Below are positions 18,483 through 28,853 of a DNA stretch of 64,000 bases, piece by piece. The translations under genes were made by a program, and so were the position numbers. The stretch's first letter is position 1; the number at the start of each line of letters is the position of its first letter. Under the pieces are notes generated by a model that was not told where the DNA came from, made no database searches, and worked only from the letters and a program-made list of their open reading frames with translations. Source of the stretch: Candidatus Cloacimonadales bacterium (GTDB lineage Bacteria > Cloacimonadota > Cloacimonadia > Cloacimonadales > JAIOQZ01); contig OY762463.1 of the NCBI GenBank assembly GCA_963665815.1, forward strand, positions 1,280,001 through 1,344,000, read 5' to 3'.

Positions 18483-19643
18483 TTAATCAAACCTTCTCAT
18501 AAAAGTTGGAATTTCGATTTTTTCAGTTGTTGACACTTTTGATTTCTCGAATGAATGTTTTTCCTGAACAATCTCAGGAGAAGTTGTATCAGCCTGTCTG
18601 ATTCTGTCGAAAATTATATCAAGCTGTTCATGCTTTTCTTTTTCAGATTTGTTGTTAAGCTCAGGAATATTTACAATTTTTTCATCATCACTGTGAAGTC
18701 CTGTTGCTACTATAGTTACGCTGATTTTCTCAGTCATTTCCTTATCGATTACAAGACCAATAATGATATTTGCATCAGTTCCTGTCTCATTAGTTATAAC
18801 TTGTGATACTTCGTCAAATTCAGACATTTTCATGTCCAGTCCGGCTGTTACGTTAATAAGGATTGCTTTACATCCATCAAGTGAAATATCGGCAAGCAGA
18901 GGATTAGATATTGCCATTTTAGCAGCATTGATCGCTCTGTCTTCACCTTCACAAATTGCTGTACCCATGAGAGCATAGCCCATGTTAGCCATTACGGATT
19001 TTACATCACTGAAATCCACACTGATATATCCACTAAGATTAATCATATCTGAAACTGATTTAGCAGCATCAGACAGAATATTATCGGCTTTTGTGAATGC
19101 ATCTACAATAGATATATCCGAATAGATTTCCTTAAGTTTTTCATTTGGTATAACGATTAGAGTATCTACAGCTTTTCTTAACTCTTCAAGTCCATACTCA
19201 GTGTTTTTCTTTCTTCTTGAACCTTCAAAGCCAAACGGTTTGGTTACGATTGCCATTGTGAGAATACCCATATCACGTGCAATTGAAGCGATTACCGGAG
19301 CTGCGCCTGTTCCGGTTCCTCCGCCCATTCCTGCAGCAATGAACACCATTTCGGTATTATCGAGTATAGTCCTTATTTCTTCTTCTGATTCTTCAGCAGC
19401 TTTTTTACCAACTTCAGGATTTGCACCGGTTCCGAGTCCCTTGGTAATTTTTTTACCAAGCTGAAGTTTGATTTTTGCTGATGATTTTTTCAAGTCTTTA
19501 GAATCAGTGTTTGCAGCGATGAATTCTACTCCACTCATTCCGTTTCTGATCATTGTGTTGACGGCATTTCCTCCGCCACCTCCAACACCAACAATCTTGA
19601 TATTAGTGTTGTAATAGCTTTTGTCTTGATCTAATTCTAACAT
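18483..19643 (-). CDS. ftsZ: Cell division GTPase FtsZ
   Basis: GVGGGGGNAVN, tubulin signature GMGGGTGTG, C-terminal EIPTFMRR. Confidence 0.99.
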   Translation of the reverse strand: MLELDQDKSYYNTNIKIVGVGGGGGNAVNTMIRNGMSGVEFIAANTDSKDLKKSSAKIKLQLGKKITKGLGTGANPEVGKKAAEESEEEIRTILDNTEMVFIAAGMGGGTGTGAAPVIASIARDMGILTMAIVTKPFGFEGSRRKKNTEYGLEELRKAVDTLIVIPNEKLKEIYSDISIVDAFTKADNILSDAAKSVSDMINLSGYISVDFSDVKSVMANMGYALMGTAICEGEDRAINAAKMAISNPLLADISLDGCKAILINVTAGLDMKMSEFDEVSQVITNETGTDANIIIGLVIDKEMTEKISVTIVATGLHSDDEKIVNIPELNNKSEKEKHEQLDIIFDRIRQADTTSPEIVQEKHSFEKSKVSTTEKIEIPTFMRRFD

Positions 19644-19661
19644 TTTTCCCCCTTGGACCTT

Positions 19662-20939
19662 CTAAATAAAGTCCTTGAATGAATTGAACCATTTTTTTAT
19701 TGTTCTTATTATTCTGTCATTAAAACTATGTACTTTATGTGTTGATAAAATTTTACTTTTAGGAATGCTTTCCAGTCCATAGAAAAGCAGACCGACACTG
19801 GTTGCGAACTTAGGAGATTCCAGTTGAGAAACCGGCCCTTTGAGCTTATGAATCATTGGAATTCCGATTTTGACAGGCATATTGAATACTTCACCAGCCA
19901 GTTTATCCGAGTTCCTCAATAATGAAGCTCCTCCGGTTAAAATCAGTCCTGCAGTCATTAGTTCCTGATTATAGTTTGCAAAAACTGATCTGTAGGAAAT
20001 CTCAAGGATTTCTCTCATACGGGATTCAACTATTTCAGATATGAACTTGAGTTTCTTGAACCCGGGTTCTCTACCACCGATTCCTTCAATCTCAATTGTT
20101 TCTTCATCAGGTACTGTTGCTGGCACTGCGTTACCGACTTTGACTTTCAGCTTCTCGGCTGATTTGGGTGGAGTTCTGAGACCTATACTCAAATCCTGAG
20201 TTACATTTGTACCACCAATCGGTTTTACTGTACTGAAACGGATTGAACCTTTGTAGAAGACAGCAATATCAGTTGTACCACCACCTATATCGATGAGGAT
20301 GCAACCAAGATTCAACTCGTCTTCATTAAGAACAGCCTGAGCAGATGCTATTGGTTCCAGAACAACATCAAGAGGCTGATAACCTGCAAGCTCAATACAT
20401 TTAGTAATATTCCTGATTGCATTGAGATCTGCCAGTACAATGTGCACATGGGCTGTGAGATGGTAACCGCTCATATTGATCGGATTTATTATACCTCTCT
20501 GATTATCAATATCATAATACTGAGGTATACCATGTATGATTTCAAGATTTTCATGACCCTGCTGGATCTTTACTGTTCTCTTTGCATCGTTTATCACAGC
20601 ATTGATATGATCTTCACTTATCTCAAGAGGATCTTTACCGCTTGGATCTGAAATGGAAATTCTTCCGATTGCATTTCGGCTTTTTATGTGTTCCCCGGCA
20701 ATACCTGCAAAAATGTTTTCTGCTTTCAGGTCAGCTTTATTCTCTGCAGCCTGAATTGCAAGTCTGATCGATTCGGAAGTCTTGTTGATATCTTTTACGA
20801 TACCTTTTTCCAGACCATTGGATTCACTGATTCCAACGCCTTTAACTTCAAGAATATTTTCAGGATTTACAGCAGCAATTATGGCACATATCTTTGTTGT
20901 GCCTATATCCAGTGCAGTTATTACAGGGTACTTCTTCAT
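19662..20939 (-). CDS. ftsA: Cell division protein FtsA
   Basis: LDIGTTKI, DIGGGTTDI, LTGGAS; start at MKKYP overlaps the ftsQ stop (ATGA). Confidence 0.97.
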   Translation of the reverse strand: MKKYPVITALDIGTTKICAIIAAVNPENILEVKGVGISESNGLEKGIVKDINKTSESIRLAIQAAENKADLKAENIFAGIAGEHIKSRNAIGRISISDPSGKDPLEISEDHINAVINDAKRTVKIQQGHENLEIIHGIPQYYDIDNQRGIINPINMSGYHLTAHVHIVLADLNAIRNITKCIELAGYQPLDVVLEPIASAQAVLNEDELNLGCILIDIGGGTTDIAVFYKGSIRFSTVKPIGGTNVTQDLSIGLRTPPKSAEKLKVKVGNAVPATVPDEETIEIEGIGGREPGFKKLKFISEIVESRMREILEISYRSVFANYNQELMTAGLILTGGASLLRNSDKLAGEVFNMPVKIGIPMIHKLKGPVSQLESPKFATSVGLLFYGLESIPKSKILSTHKVHSFNDRIIRTIKKWFNSFKDFI

Positions 20940-21694
20940 TTCTTCTCCGTTCTGCAAACTATCTGATCATTAAATCTCATGTCAATGATTGATCCCGGCT
21001 GAAGTCCTTTATTCTGTTCAAAGAAAGAAAAGTATTGAAGTTTTTTTACAATATTTTCCTCTCCGAGAACGACTTGGCTTCCGCTGTTAGATTCTATGAA
21101 ATAGATTGAACCATTAACAAAAAAGTATTCAGAAACCTTCTTTGCAAGGTCAACATTATTGGTTTCAACTAATTGATGAAACTCTTTGATCTGCAGATAA
21201 TCTTTATTGCAAAATTCAGTGCCAACTTCTAACGTTTCCGAAGATAAGTCAAGTTCTACTAACGGTGTATTCTCATTAACATAAAAACCGGTATTATCAA
21301 GTATAATATTGTCTTTATCCACAGGAATACATTCACCATCTTCTGTCTTGATTGTCAAGTATCCGGAACGCTCCTTTATTTTGACAACAAGCTCGGAAGG
21401 ATACTTCTTTTTTATCTTCATATCTGAAATTCGCACAATACTGCTGAACTTACTTTTTACTTCTTCAGCAGACACATCAATAATATTTCTGCCTTCAAGA
21501 TCATTAACCAGATTCACAAGGAATTCTGTCTGTAGATTATTGTTTCCTTCAATACTGACTGTTTGAATATTAAAAAAATCAACTTTCTTCAGACTGCTTC
21601 TTGCTATAAAGAAGATTGATACTAAAAGGATCATCAGAACAAAAAACAGGACAAAATACCTGCTGTTGCCTCTTCTTTTTCTTGTTACGTACAT
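20936..21694 (-). CDS. ftsQ: Cell division protein FtsQ/DivIB
   Basis: Basic N-terminus plus TM, POTRA domain (V.IEGN...YP..L.V.IKER), IDMRF; position in the dcw cluster. Confidence 0.9.
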   Translation of the reverse strand: MYVTRKRRGNSRYFVLFFVLMILLVSIFFIARSSLKKVDFFNIQTVSIEGNNNLQTEFLVNLVNDLEGRNIIDVSAEEVKSKFSSIVRISDMKIKKKYPSELVVKIKERSGYLTIKTEDGECIPVDKDNIILDNTGFYVNENTPLVELDLSSETLEVGTEFCNKDYLQIKEFHQLVETNNVDLAKKVSEYFFVNGSIYFIESNSGSQVVLGEENIVKKLQYFSFFEQNKGLQPGSIIDMRFNDQIVCRTEKK

Positions 21695-22584
21695 TTGGTT
21701 CCCTTGCAGTTTTTGCTGGCATCAATGATCTCAAGATCAAGCTTAATACCATATCTGTCAGTGATTCTGTATTGTATTTGGTCTATCAAAGTATGAACAT
21801 CGCTGAAACCAGCGTTTCCTTTGTTTACTATGAAATTAGCATGTTTTTCACTGACGAAGGCTTCCCCGACACATAATCCTTTCAGGTTGCATTCGTCAAT
21901 AAGTTTTCCTGCAGAAAGTCTTGATCCATCCGGAAGTTCCGGATTTTTGAAGAAACAACCCAGACTGTGAGCATTCAATGGTTGAGTTTCACGACGTTTT
22001 GCAATGTAAAAATCAACTTCTCTTTTCACAGTTTCCGGTGTTTTTCTCTTCATCTTAAGCTGGACTTCGAATATGTAGTCTTCAATAGAAGAACCTCTGT
22101 AGTCAAACATCAATTCTTCCTTACTGTATTTACGAATTGAGCCGTCTTTACATATAACTTTAACATAATTAATAAATTCACCTATAGATCTGCCATACGC
22201 ACCGGCATCCATTCTTACAAGACCGGCAATGTGAGCAGGCACACCTCCAAGAAACTCCAATCCTCCAAGACTATGTTCGCATGCTTTTCGAATAAGACTG
22301 TTTATTACGTAGTTTCCTGACACAGTTATGAAATTCTTTTCTACACTGTAATCCCTCGGAAGAGCCTGATCTGTTATCACAGCACCTTCAAAATAGTCCG
22401 GAAAAAGTATGTTTGTGCCACCGGCAAGAAAAAGATAATTCATTCCCTGCAGTCTTGGTAATAACCTTTGTAGTTCCTCGATAGATTCAGGGGAAAATAT
22501 ATAATTCGCTTTTCCGCCAATGTTAATGTAGGATAATTCGCTTAAAGGAACATCCAGTTGATTAAATTCTCTGAAATCATTCAT
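21685..22584 (-). CDS. murB: UDP-N-acetylenolpyruvoylglucosamine reductase
   Basis: IGGKA, GGTNIL, GLEFL.GVP, MDAGAYG, GCFFKNP, SEKHANF. Confidence 0.95.
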   Translation of the reverse strand: MNDFREFNQLDVPLSELSYINIGGKANYIFSPESIEELQRLLPRLQGMNYLFLAGGTNILFPDYFEGAVITDQALPRDYSVEKNFITVSGNYVINSLIRKACEHSLGGLEFLGGVPAHIAGLVRMDAGAYGRSIGEFINYVKVICKDGSIRKYSKEELMFDYRGSSIEDYIFEVQLKMKRKTPETVKREVDFYIAKRRETQPLNAHSLGCFFKNPELPDGSRLSAGKLIDECNLKGLCVGEAFVSEKHANFIVNKGNAGFSDVHTLIDQIQYRITDRYGIKLDLEIIDASKNCKGTKCT

Positions 22585-23947
22585 TATTCAGCTCCAGTAT
22601 TTTCTCACCATATTTATATATACTTCCCGCACCGAGAGTAATTATAATATCATCTTCTTTTAGTACTTTGTTAATTTCTGATACAATATCATCGTTGCTT
22701 TCTATGTAATAAACCTGTCTATGTCCATTCTGAATTGCAGCATCCGATACAAGTTTTCCTGTTATTCCTTCGATTGGTTTTTCTCTGGCAGGATAAATGG
22801 GAGTTACAAGCAAGACATCCGAATGGAAAAATGATCTGCCGAATTCCTGAAAGAAATCTCTTGTTCTTGAAAACAGATGAGGTTGAAAAACAGCAACAAT
22901 TCTTCTATCTGTAGAATCCTTTATTCCCTTCAGAGTAGCCTGTATTTCAGTCGGATGATGAGCATAGTCATCATAGACATCAATATTCTTGAAATTTCCT
23001 TTCCACTCAAATCTTCTGAATACTCCGTTAAACTCTTCCAGTCCCTCTTTGATCTTTTCAAATGGTATATCCAGTTCAAGTCCAACACCTGCTGCAAGGA
23101 GGGAGTTCTGAATATTGTGAACACCGGGTGTATTCATGTTTATTCGTCCTAGAGTATATCCTCTGAAAACAAGATCATATGATGATTTGAAATTTTTCAT
23201 TTCTATATTTTCAGCTCTGATGTCTGCCTGTCTTGATAGACCGAATGTTACAATTTTCTTTTTGAGAGACGGTACAATTGATTGAACACCTGTATCATCG
23301 AGACATGCGAGTATACAACCGAAAAAAGGCACTTTATTTGCATATTCGATAAATGCTTTTTTGATTTCACCAAAATCAGGATAGCAATCAAGATGATCAG
23401 CTTCAATGTTCGTAATTCCTGAGATAATCGGTGTTAATGTGAGGAATGATCTGTCAAATTCATCTGCTTCCACAACTATGTGTTCTCCTGAACCAAGCAG
23501 ATTGTTGGAGCTGAAATTCTTTACTTTTCCACCTACAATCACAGTTGGATCAAGTTCGGCAGCTTTAAGAACCATTCCTACCATGGAAGTTGTTGTTGTC
23601 TTCCCATGAGTTCCTGCGATACCAATTCCATAACTCATTCGCATTATCTCAGAGAGCATTTCCGCTCTTCTGATAACCGGTATCTTCAAACTTTTAGCTG
23701 CGGCTATTTCAGGATTATCATCTTTTACAGCAGATGATTTTACAACAACATCAACATCCGAAATATTGTCGGAACTGTGTCCTATAGTGATATTTGCTCC
23801 AATTTCAGCGAGGTGCTTTGTAAGTTCCGATTCTCTCAGATCAGAACCGGATATTGCAAATCCCTGATTCAACAGGAGTTCAGCAATACCGCTCATTCCT
23901 ATACCACCAATACCTACAAAATGAATTTTCTTCGTAGCTCCAAACAT
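22577..23947 (-). CDS. murC: UDP-N-acetylmuramate-L-alanine ligase
   Basis: HFVGIGGIGMSG, GTHGKTTTT, EADE, DDYAHHPTE, FQPH. Confidence 0.98.
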   Translation of the reverse strand: MFGATKKIHFVGIGGIGMSGIAELLLNQGFAISGSDLRESELTKHLAEIGANITIGHSSDNISDVDVVVKSSAVKDDNPEIAAAKSLKIPVIRRAEMLSEIMRMSYGIGIAGTHGKTTTTSMVGMVLKAAELDPTVIVGGKVKNFSSNNLLGSGEHIVVEADEFDRSFLTLTPIISGITNIEADHLDCYPDFGEIKKAFIEYANKVPFFGCILACLDDTGVQSIVPSLKKKIVTFGLSRQADIRAENIEMKNFKSSYDLVFRGYTLGRINMNTPGVHNIQNSLLAAGVGLELDIPFEKIKEGLEEFNGVFRRFEWKGNFKNIDVYDDYAHHPTEIQATLKGIKDSTDRRIVAVFQPHLFSRTRDFFQEFGRSFFHSDVLLVTPIYPAREKPIEGITGKLVSDAAIQNGHRQVYYIESNDDIVSEINKVLKEDDIIITLGAGSIYKYGEKILELNNE

Positions 23948-25023
23948 TATTTCCTCTTTTCAAGAATGTAGTCGTTTATGTTGTTGGCAATTAACTCAGC
24001 AGCATCTTCATGTATTGATTTCTGAAACTGCTGTCTCATTGCTTTCCAGGAATTTTTCATATTTTTGATTGCTGTAATCAGAGTAGCAGTATCAAGAACA
24101 TTCTGGAACAAAACAATTCCTTTCCCCTGTCGGCAGAAATCTTTTGCATTATAGTATTGCTCGTTGTTCGCCGCATGTGGATAAGGAATGAATATTGTCG
24201 GAATTCCGTTGATCTCAAGTTCAGAAACTGTTATAGCTCCGGATCTCGCAATAGCAAAATCTGCTACTTTGTATAGTTCATTGAGATTATTAGTAAATCC
24301 GAATGCATAAATTCCTTTTCTGCTCTTGAGTTTTTTGTCAAGCTTTGGTAAGTTTTTTTCGCCAACCTGCCAGATCAGGTCTATCCCTGCATCCAGCAGT
24401 CTGTCAGCAATTTCTGTAATCTTGTCGTTTATAGCAACTGACCCCTGTGATCCACCAAGAATAAGAAGTTTAACCGAACCTTTTCTTAGATTTAGTCTGG
24501 AAAATTCAGGTGGTGGAGTTTCAGTTTTTCTCTGTATTGGATTTCCGGAGTGAATACACTTGCGTTCAGGAAGAAAATCCTTTGCACTTTCAAAACCAAG
24601 AAAGATTTTTTTAGCTATTTTGCTGAGTAATCTGATTGTAACTCCAGGGAAGCAGTTCTGCTCCTGAAGAAATACAGGAATTCCTTTTATAAATGCGGCA
24701 GCAGCAACCGGGCCGCTTACAAAGCTTCCTGTGGATACAACAGCGTCAGGTTTTTCCTTCTTTAAAATCATTAGACTCTGATAAATACTCTTTATAAGTT
24801 TGAAAGGGAATTTAAGGTGCTTGAGGGTTAATCTCCTGTACATTTTCTGCACATTGATCAATCTGTATTCTAATTTATAATCTTCAAAAATATTTATTTC
24901 CATGCCATTACGATTGCCCACGTATACTGTCTGACAACCCAGTTTTTCCAGTTCTTTTCCGATGGAAATTGCCGGAAGAATATGTCCGCCGGTTCCTCCT
25001 GTTGCGATAAGAACCTTTACCAT
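23947..25023 (-). CDS. murG: Lipid II GlcNAc transferase
   Basis: GGTGGHI, EQN, GNP, GGSQG, RSGA.T..E. Confidence 0.97.
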   Translation of the reverse strand: MVKVLIATGGTGGHILPAISIGKELEKLGCQTVYVGNRNGMEINIFEDYKLEYRLINVQKMYRRLTLKHLKFPFKLIKSIYQSLMILKKEKPDAVVSTGSFVSGPVAAAAFIKGIPVFLQEQNCFPGVTIRLLSKIAKKIFLGFESAKDFLPERKCIHSGNPIQRKTETPPPEFSRLNLRKGSVKLLILGGSQGSVAINDKITEIADRLLDAGIDLIWQVGEKNLPKLDKKLKSRKGIYAFGFTNNLNELYKVADFAIARSGAITVSELEINGIPTIFIPYPHAANNEQYYNAKDFCRQGKGIVLFQNVLDTATLITAIKNMKNSWKAMRQQFQKSIHEDAAELIANNINDYILEKRK

Positions 25024-26174
25024 ACTTCCCTCCTTTTACTGCTGATGTTCAGCAGGAGACCTATAGAGATTGAATTTACTAGAAGTGACATACCGCCGTA
25101 ACTGATGAATGGAAGCGTCACTCCGGTTGAGGGTATTGCAGAAATTGCAACACCTATATTTACCATTGCATTTATAAAAATATTTAGAGCCAGTCCCATT
25201 CCGAAAAGTCTTAAAAACATGCTCTCACTTCTCCACGAACTGATTAAGGCTCTGATAAACAAAGTAACATATAATCCGAGTACAACAATTGCTCCAAGAA
25301 ATCCGAATTCCTCTCCAATGACAGAGAATACATAGTCTGTTTTAGCCTCAGGGAGATAGTAGTGTTTGCCTCTTCCCTTTTCGGAACCTGTTCCGACTAT
25401 TCTTCCACTGGATAAAGCAGTAAGTGACTCTTTGATCTGATAATCATCTACTTTACCACCTTCAATCTCAGCCTTCTCGGAAAATCCTAGCAGCTTGAGA
25501 AGTACTGAATACTCTTTAAATATCTTGATTCTCACAGAACGGAATTCATCACCGGAATTGATAACTACAATGAGTCCAACTAAAAGAATTGCCACAATAA
25601 CCAGAATAGTAAGGATATGGATTTTACCGATCCACATCATACTCAGAAGTGTTAATCCTGAAATTATCAGTGCACTGAGGTGTTTTTCCGCAAAAATGAG
25701 TCCCATCGTGATAAGCGGAAGAACAATAAGAGGTTTGAAATTTTTAATGAACTCAATTGGAGAGGATGATTCAATTACATCTTTTTTCTTATCAAGAATA
25801 TGAGCAAAATACATCACCAGTGTTATTCGTGCAAACAAGCTTGGTTGAACATTCAATGGACCAATGCGGAAAAATCTACGGGCACCATTCACTTTTATAC
25901 CTATAAACAGAACCAGAATAAGGCTGATAATTATCATAACATTGAAGAAGAAAGACATATTCCTTATCTTCTCAAGATTTGGTAATCTGAATGCTATAAA
26001 CATAAATCCAAATGATGCAAAACAGAATATCAAGTGCTTATAAAAATAAGTCATTGAAGTCCTTGTAGAACTGATATTCAGCATTGTATACATACCGATT
26101 ATGCATAAAACTATGTAGCATATCAGCATTATGTAATCAAATTCAGCAATATAGGTTTTATTTTTCATATTCAT
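25017..26174 (-). CDS. ftsW: SEDS peptidoglycan polymerase FtsW
   Basis: NGARR, QPS, YQ, LPEAKTDY.F..IGEEFG, TGVTLPFISYGG. Confidence 0.95.
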   Translation of the reverse strand: MNMKNKTYIAEFDYIMLICYIVLCIIGMYTMLNISSTRTSMTYFYKHLIFCFASFGFMFIAFRLPNLEKIRNMSFFFNVMIIISLILVLFIGIKVNGARRFFRIGPLNVQPSLFARITLVMYFAHILDKKKDVIESSSPIEFIKNFKPLIVLPLITMGLIFAEKHLSALIISGLTLLSMMWIGKIHILTILVIVAILLVGLIVVINSGDEFRSVRIKIFKEYSVLLKLLGFSEKAEIEGGKVDDYQIKESLTALSSGRIVGTGSEKGRGKHYYLPEAKTDYVFSVIGEEFGFLGAIVVLGLYVTLFIRALISSWRSESMFLRLFGMGLALNIFINAMVNIGVAISAIPSTGVTLPFISYGGMSLLVNSISIGLLLNISSKRREVW

Positions 26175-27486
26175 CTTTGATTTTCTCAGCTATTTCCCTG
26201 AATGAGTTTCCTCTGTGAATGTAATTATCAAACATATCATAACTTGCACAAGCGGGAGAAAGAAGAATAACGTCTCCCTGTGCTGAATCTTTATAAGCTT
26301 TACGGACTGCAGCAACCAGTGAATCAAAAGTTTCGATATTCATATCTTGAAAACAGTTAAGCATCTTCCCAGTTGTTTCACCAATAAGGTAAATCTTAGC
26401 GACATTACTCATGTGCTCTTTAAGTACAGAGAAGTCCTCACCTTTATCCGATCCACCCAGAATGATCCGTGTCGGTTTCGAAAATGTTTTAAGAGCATAT
26501 TTAACTGAATCGGTATTTGTTGCTTTCGAGTCATTAACGAATATTACATTATTAACTTCTGCAACCTGTTCAAGCCTGTGAGCCAGAGAAACAAAAGTTT
26601 TTAGAGCTGATTTAACTTTATTATAGTCTAAATTAAATTTAGATACTGCCAGCAGACTTGCCATAACATTCTGGATATTATGAGGACCGTTGATCGAAAT
26701 TTCTTCTTCCCTGAATTTCCAGTTCACTCCCTGAACATGAATAGTTTTATCTTTATACCAGGCATCCTTTTGCCCGTTCATAGAGAAAAATTTAACTGCT
26801 GCTTTGATATTATTCTGATACCTGAAACTGACAGGATCATCATTGTTGAAAACTACCAGATCATTTTCTGATGAGTTTTTAAAAATCAATGCTTTTGTGT
26901 CGGCATAATGGTCAAAATCTCTGTATCTGTTCAAGTGATCGGGAGTTATATTGAGTAAAACAGATACATTAGGTTTGAAACTCCTCAACAATTCTATCTG
27001 AAAACTGCTGAGTTCCAGTACATAGACATCTGCAATGTCTTTTTCGATGTCAAAAGATGTGAAAGCACTTCCGATATTTCCTGCCAGAATACTTCTCAAA
27101 CCGCATTCCTGCAGAATATGATGAATAAGACTTACTGTGGTAGATTTGCCGTTTGAACCTGTTACTGCAATTATCTCAGCATTCTCATTCATAATCCTGA
27201 AACCGAATTCAATTTCTCCAATTACCTCAACGCCTGCTTGAACTGCTTTCTGTAATATCGGAATATCCGCAGGAATTCCCGGACTCACAATAATAGCATC
27301 TGCATCAAGGACTCTGTCTGTGTGTTTTCCTGTTTCAAAATCACAATTCAGATCTTCCGGGATTATAGCATTCTCATTGAAATCACTGATGAATACTATT
27401 CCACCAAGATCAATGATCTTTCTCGCAGCTGCTAAACCACTTCTGGCCATTCCCAGAACTGAGAATTTTTTACCGGATACTTTCAT
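26158..27486 (-). CDS. murD: UDP-MurNAc-L-Ala-D-glutamate ligase
   Basis: GMARSG, SPGI, TGSNGKST, ELSSFQ, NDSKATN, SPACASYD. Confidence 0.97.
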   Translation of the reverse strand: MKVSGKKFSVLGMARSGLAAARKIIDLGGIVFISDFNENAIIPEDLNCDFETGKHTDRVLDADAIIVSPGIPADIPILQKAVQAGVEVIGEIEFGFRIMNENAEIIAVTGSNGKSTTVSLIHHILQECGLRSILAGNIGSAFTSFDIEKDIADVYVLELSSFQIELLRSFKPNVSVLLNITPDHLNRYRDFDHYADTKALIFKNSSENDLVVFNNDDPVSFRYQNNIKAAVKFFSMNGQKDAWYKDKTIHVQGVNWKFREEEISINGPHNIQNVMASLLAVSKFNLDYNKVKSALKTFVSLAHRLEQVAEVNNVIFVNDSKATNTDSVKYALKTFSKPTRIILGGSDKGEDFSVLKEHMSNVAKIYLIGETTGKMLNCFQDMNIETFDSLVAAVRKAYKDSAQGDVILLSPACASYDMFDNYIHRGNSFREIAEKIKDEYEK

Positions 27487-27500
27487 TTACTTCCTTTCCA

Positions 27501-27734
27501 TTATATGCACTTGTATGCAAGGTTTGATTTGTACTTGTTGTGCTTCTCATTTTTTAATGACTTGTTACCGAAATTATATGCTCTTTTTGCAAAATACTCC
27601 TGAAAACAACTGTCACATATACCATGTGATACATGTGTTGCAGCTGTGTTAAGATCTCTCCTGCTGACCCATTTGTTGTCTTCATTTTTGACTTTGTCGC
27701 AATAGCAACATTTCACAATAAAATTATTCTTCAT
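27501..27734 (-). CDS. Small putative Zn-binding protein (CxxC...SHGICxxC)
   Basis: Strong GGGAGG RBS; fills the mraY-murD gap; motif CCYCDKVK...W...SHGICDSC. Confidence 0.75.
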   Translation of the reverse strand: MKNNFIVKCCYCDKVKNEDNKWVSRRDLNTAATHVSHGICDSCFQEYFAKRAYNFGNKSLKNEKHNKYKSNLAYKCI

Positions 27735-27749
27735 TTTTCCTCCCGATAA

Positions 27750-28853
27750 TTAACGGAGTTTTATTGTTCCAATACCCAGAGCTGCCAGAATAAGTGCAAC
27801 TATCCAGAATCTTACTACTATTTTTTCTTCAGATAATCCTTTTAGTTCGAAATGATGATGTAATGGAGCCATCTTGAAAATACGCCTTCCGGTTCCATAC
27901 TTCTTTCTAGTGTATTTGAAATAATATCTTTGCATGATTGATGAGAGAGCTTCCATAATGAATATGCCCCCAACAATTACGAGAAAAATCTCTTCTCTCA
28001 GCAATATTGAAACAACAGCGAGAAGTCCTCCGAGAGAAAGGGATCCCGTGTCACCCATAAAGATTTCCGCAGGTTTTGTGTTAAACCACAGGAATCCAAT
28101 AGTTGATCCTGTTAAAGCTGATAGAAATATTGTTATCTCACCTGCCTGAGGAATAAACTCAAGATGGAAATATTCAGCCATTTTTGAGTTACCCTTGAAA
28201 TAAGCCATTGCAGCAAATGCAAAACCGGCAATTGAAATAGTTCCTGCAGCAAGTCCATCCAGACCATCTGTCAGATTGACGGCATTGGATGTTCCAACAA
28301 TAACAAAGACGACAAACGGTATAAAAATAATTCCCAGATAAATAGCAGTTTCCTTAAAGAATGGAAGACTGATACTGGCTATTGAAGTTGTTTCTTCTGA
28401 ACCAAAGTATAGTGCCAGTCCTATAATTAAAGAAAGTGTTATTTGTCCGAGTAATTTATATTTTGCCACAAGCCCTTTCTTCAGTTTCTTGATGTTCTTA
28501 AGGTAATCATCAAGAAAACCCAGACCACCAAGCCATAGGACTGTTAAATATAAAAACAATACATAAGTATTTACCAGATTGTTCCAGAGCAGTGATGCAA
28601 GCATCATGGAAGACAGGATTATTAATCCCCCCATGGAAGGTGTTCCCTGCTTTGATTTATGACTTGTTGGTACAACATCGTTTATAGTCTCAACAAATTG
28701 TTTTTTCTTCAGAGCATTGATCAGATAAGGACCAAGAAGTACAGAGAATACTAAAGCTGTCACAAATGCAGCAACAGATCGGAATGTGAAGTATCTGAAC
28801 ACATTGAACAGGATGTTTACATCTGCAATCGGTTTAAAAATATGGTAAAACAT
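27750..28853 (-). CDS. mraY: Phospho-MurNAc-pentapeptide transferase
   Basis: KQGTPSMGG, LDDY, NAVNLTDGLDGLA, FMGDTGS, MAPLHHHFE. Confidence 0.98.
   Translation of the reverse strand: MFYHIFKPIADVNILFNVFRYFTFRSVAAFVTALVFSVLLGPYLINALKKKQFVETINDVVPTSHKSKQGTPSMGGLIILSSMMLASLLWNNLVNTYVLFLYLTVLWLGGLGFLDDYLKNIKKLKKGLVAKYKLLGQITLSLIIGLALYFGSEETTSIASISLPFFKETAIYLGIIFIPFVVFVIVGTSNAVNLTDGLDGLAAGTISIAGFAFAAMAYFKGNSKMAEYFHLEFIPQAGEITIFLSALTGSTIGFLWFNTKPAEIFMGDTGSLSLGGLLAVVSILLREEIFLVIVGGIFIMEALSSIMQRYYFKYTRKKYGTGRRIFKMAPLHHHFELKGLSEEKIVVRFWIVALILAALGIGTIKLR

Noticed and set aside
21685-21694. Missing ddl between murB and ftsQ
   Set aside because: ddl is commonly located outside the dcw cluster; not informative from one window.
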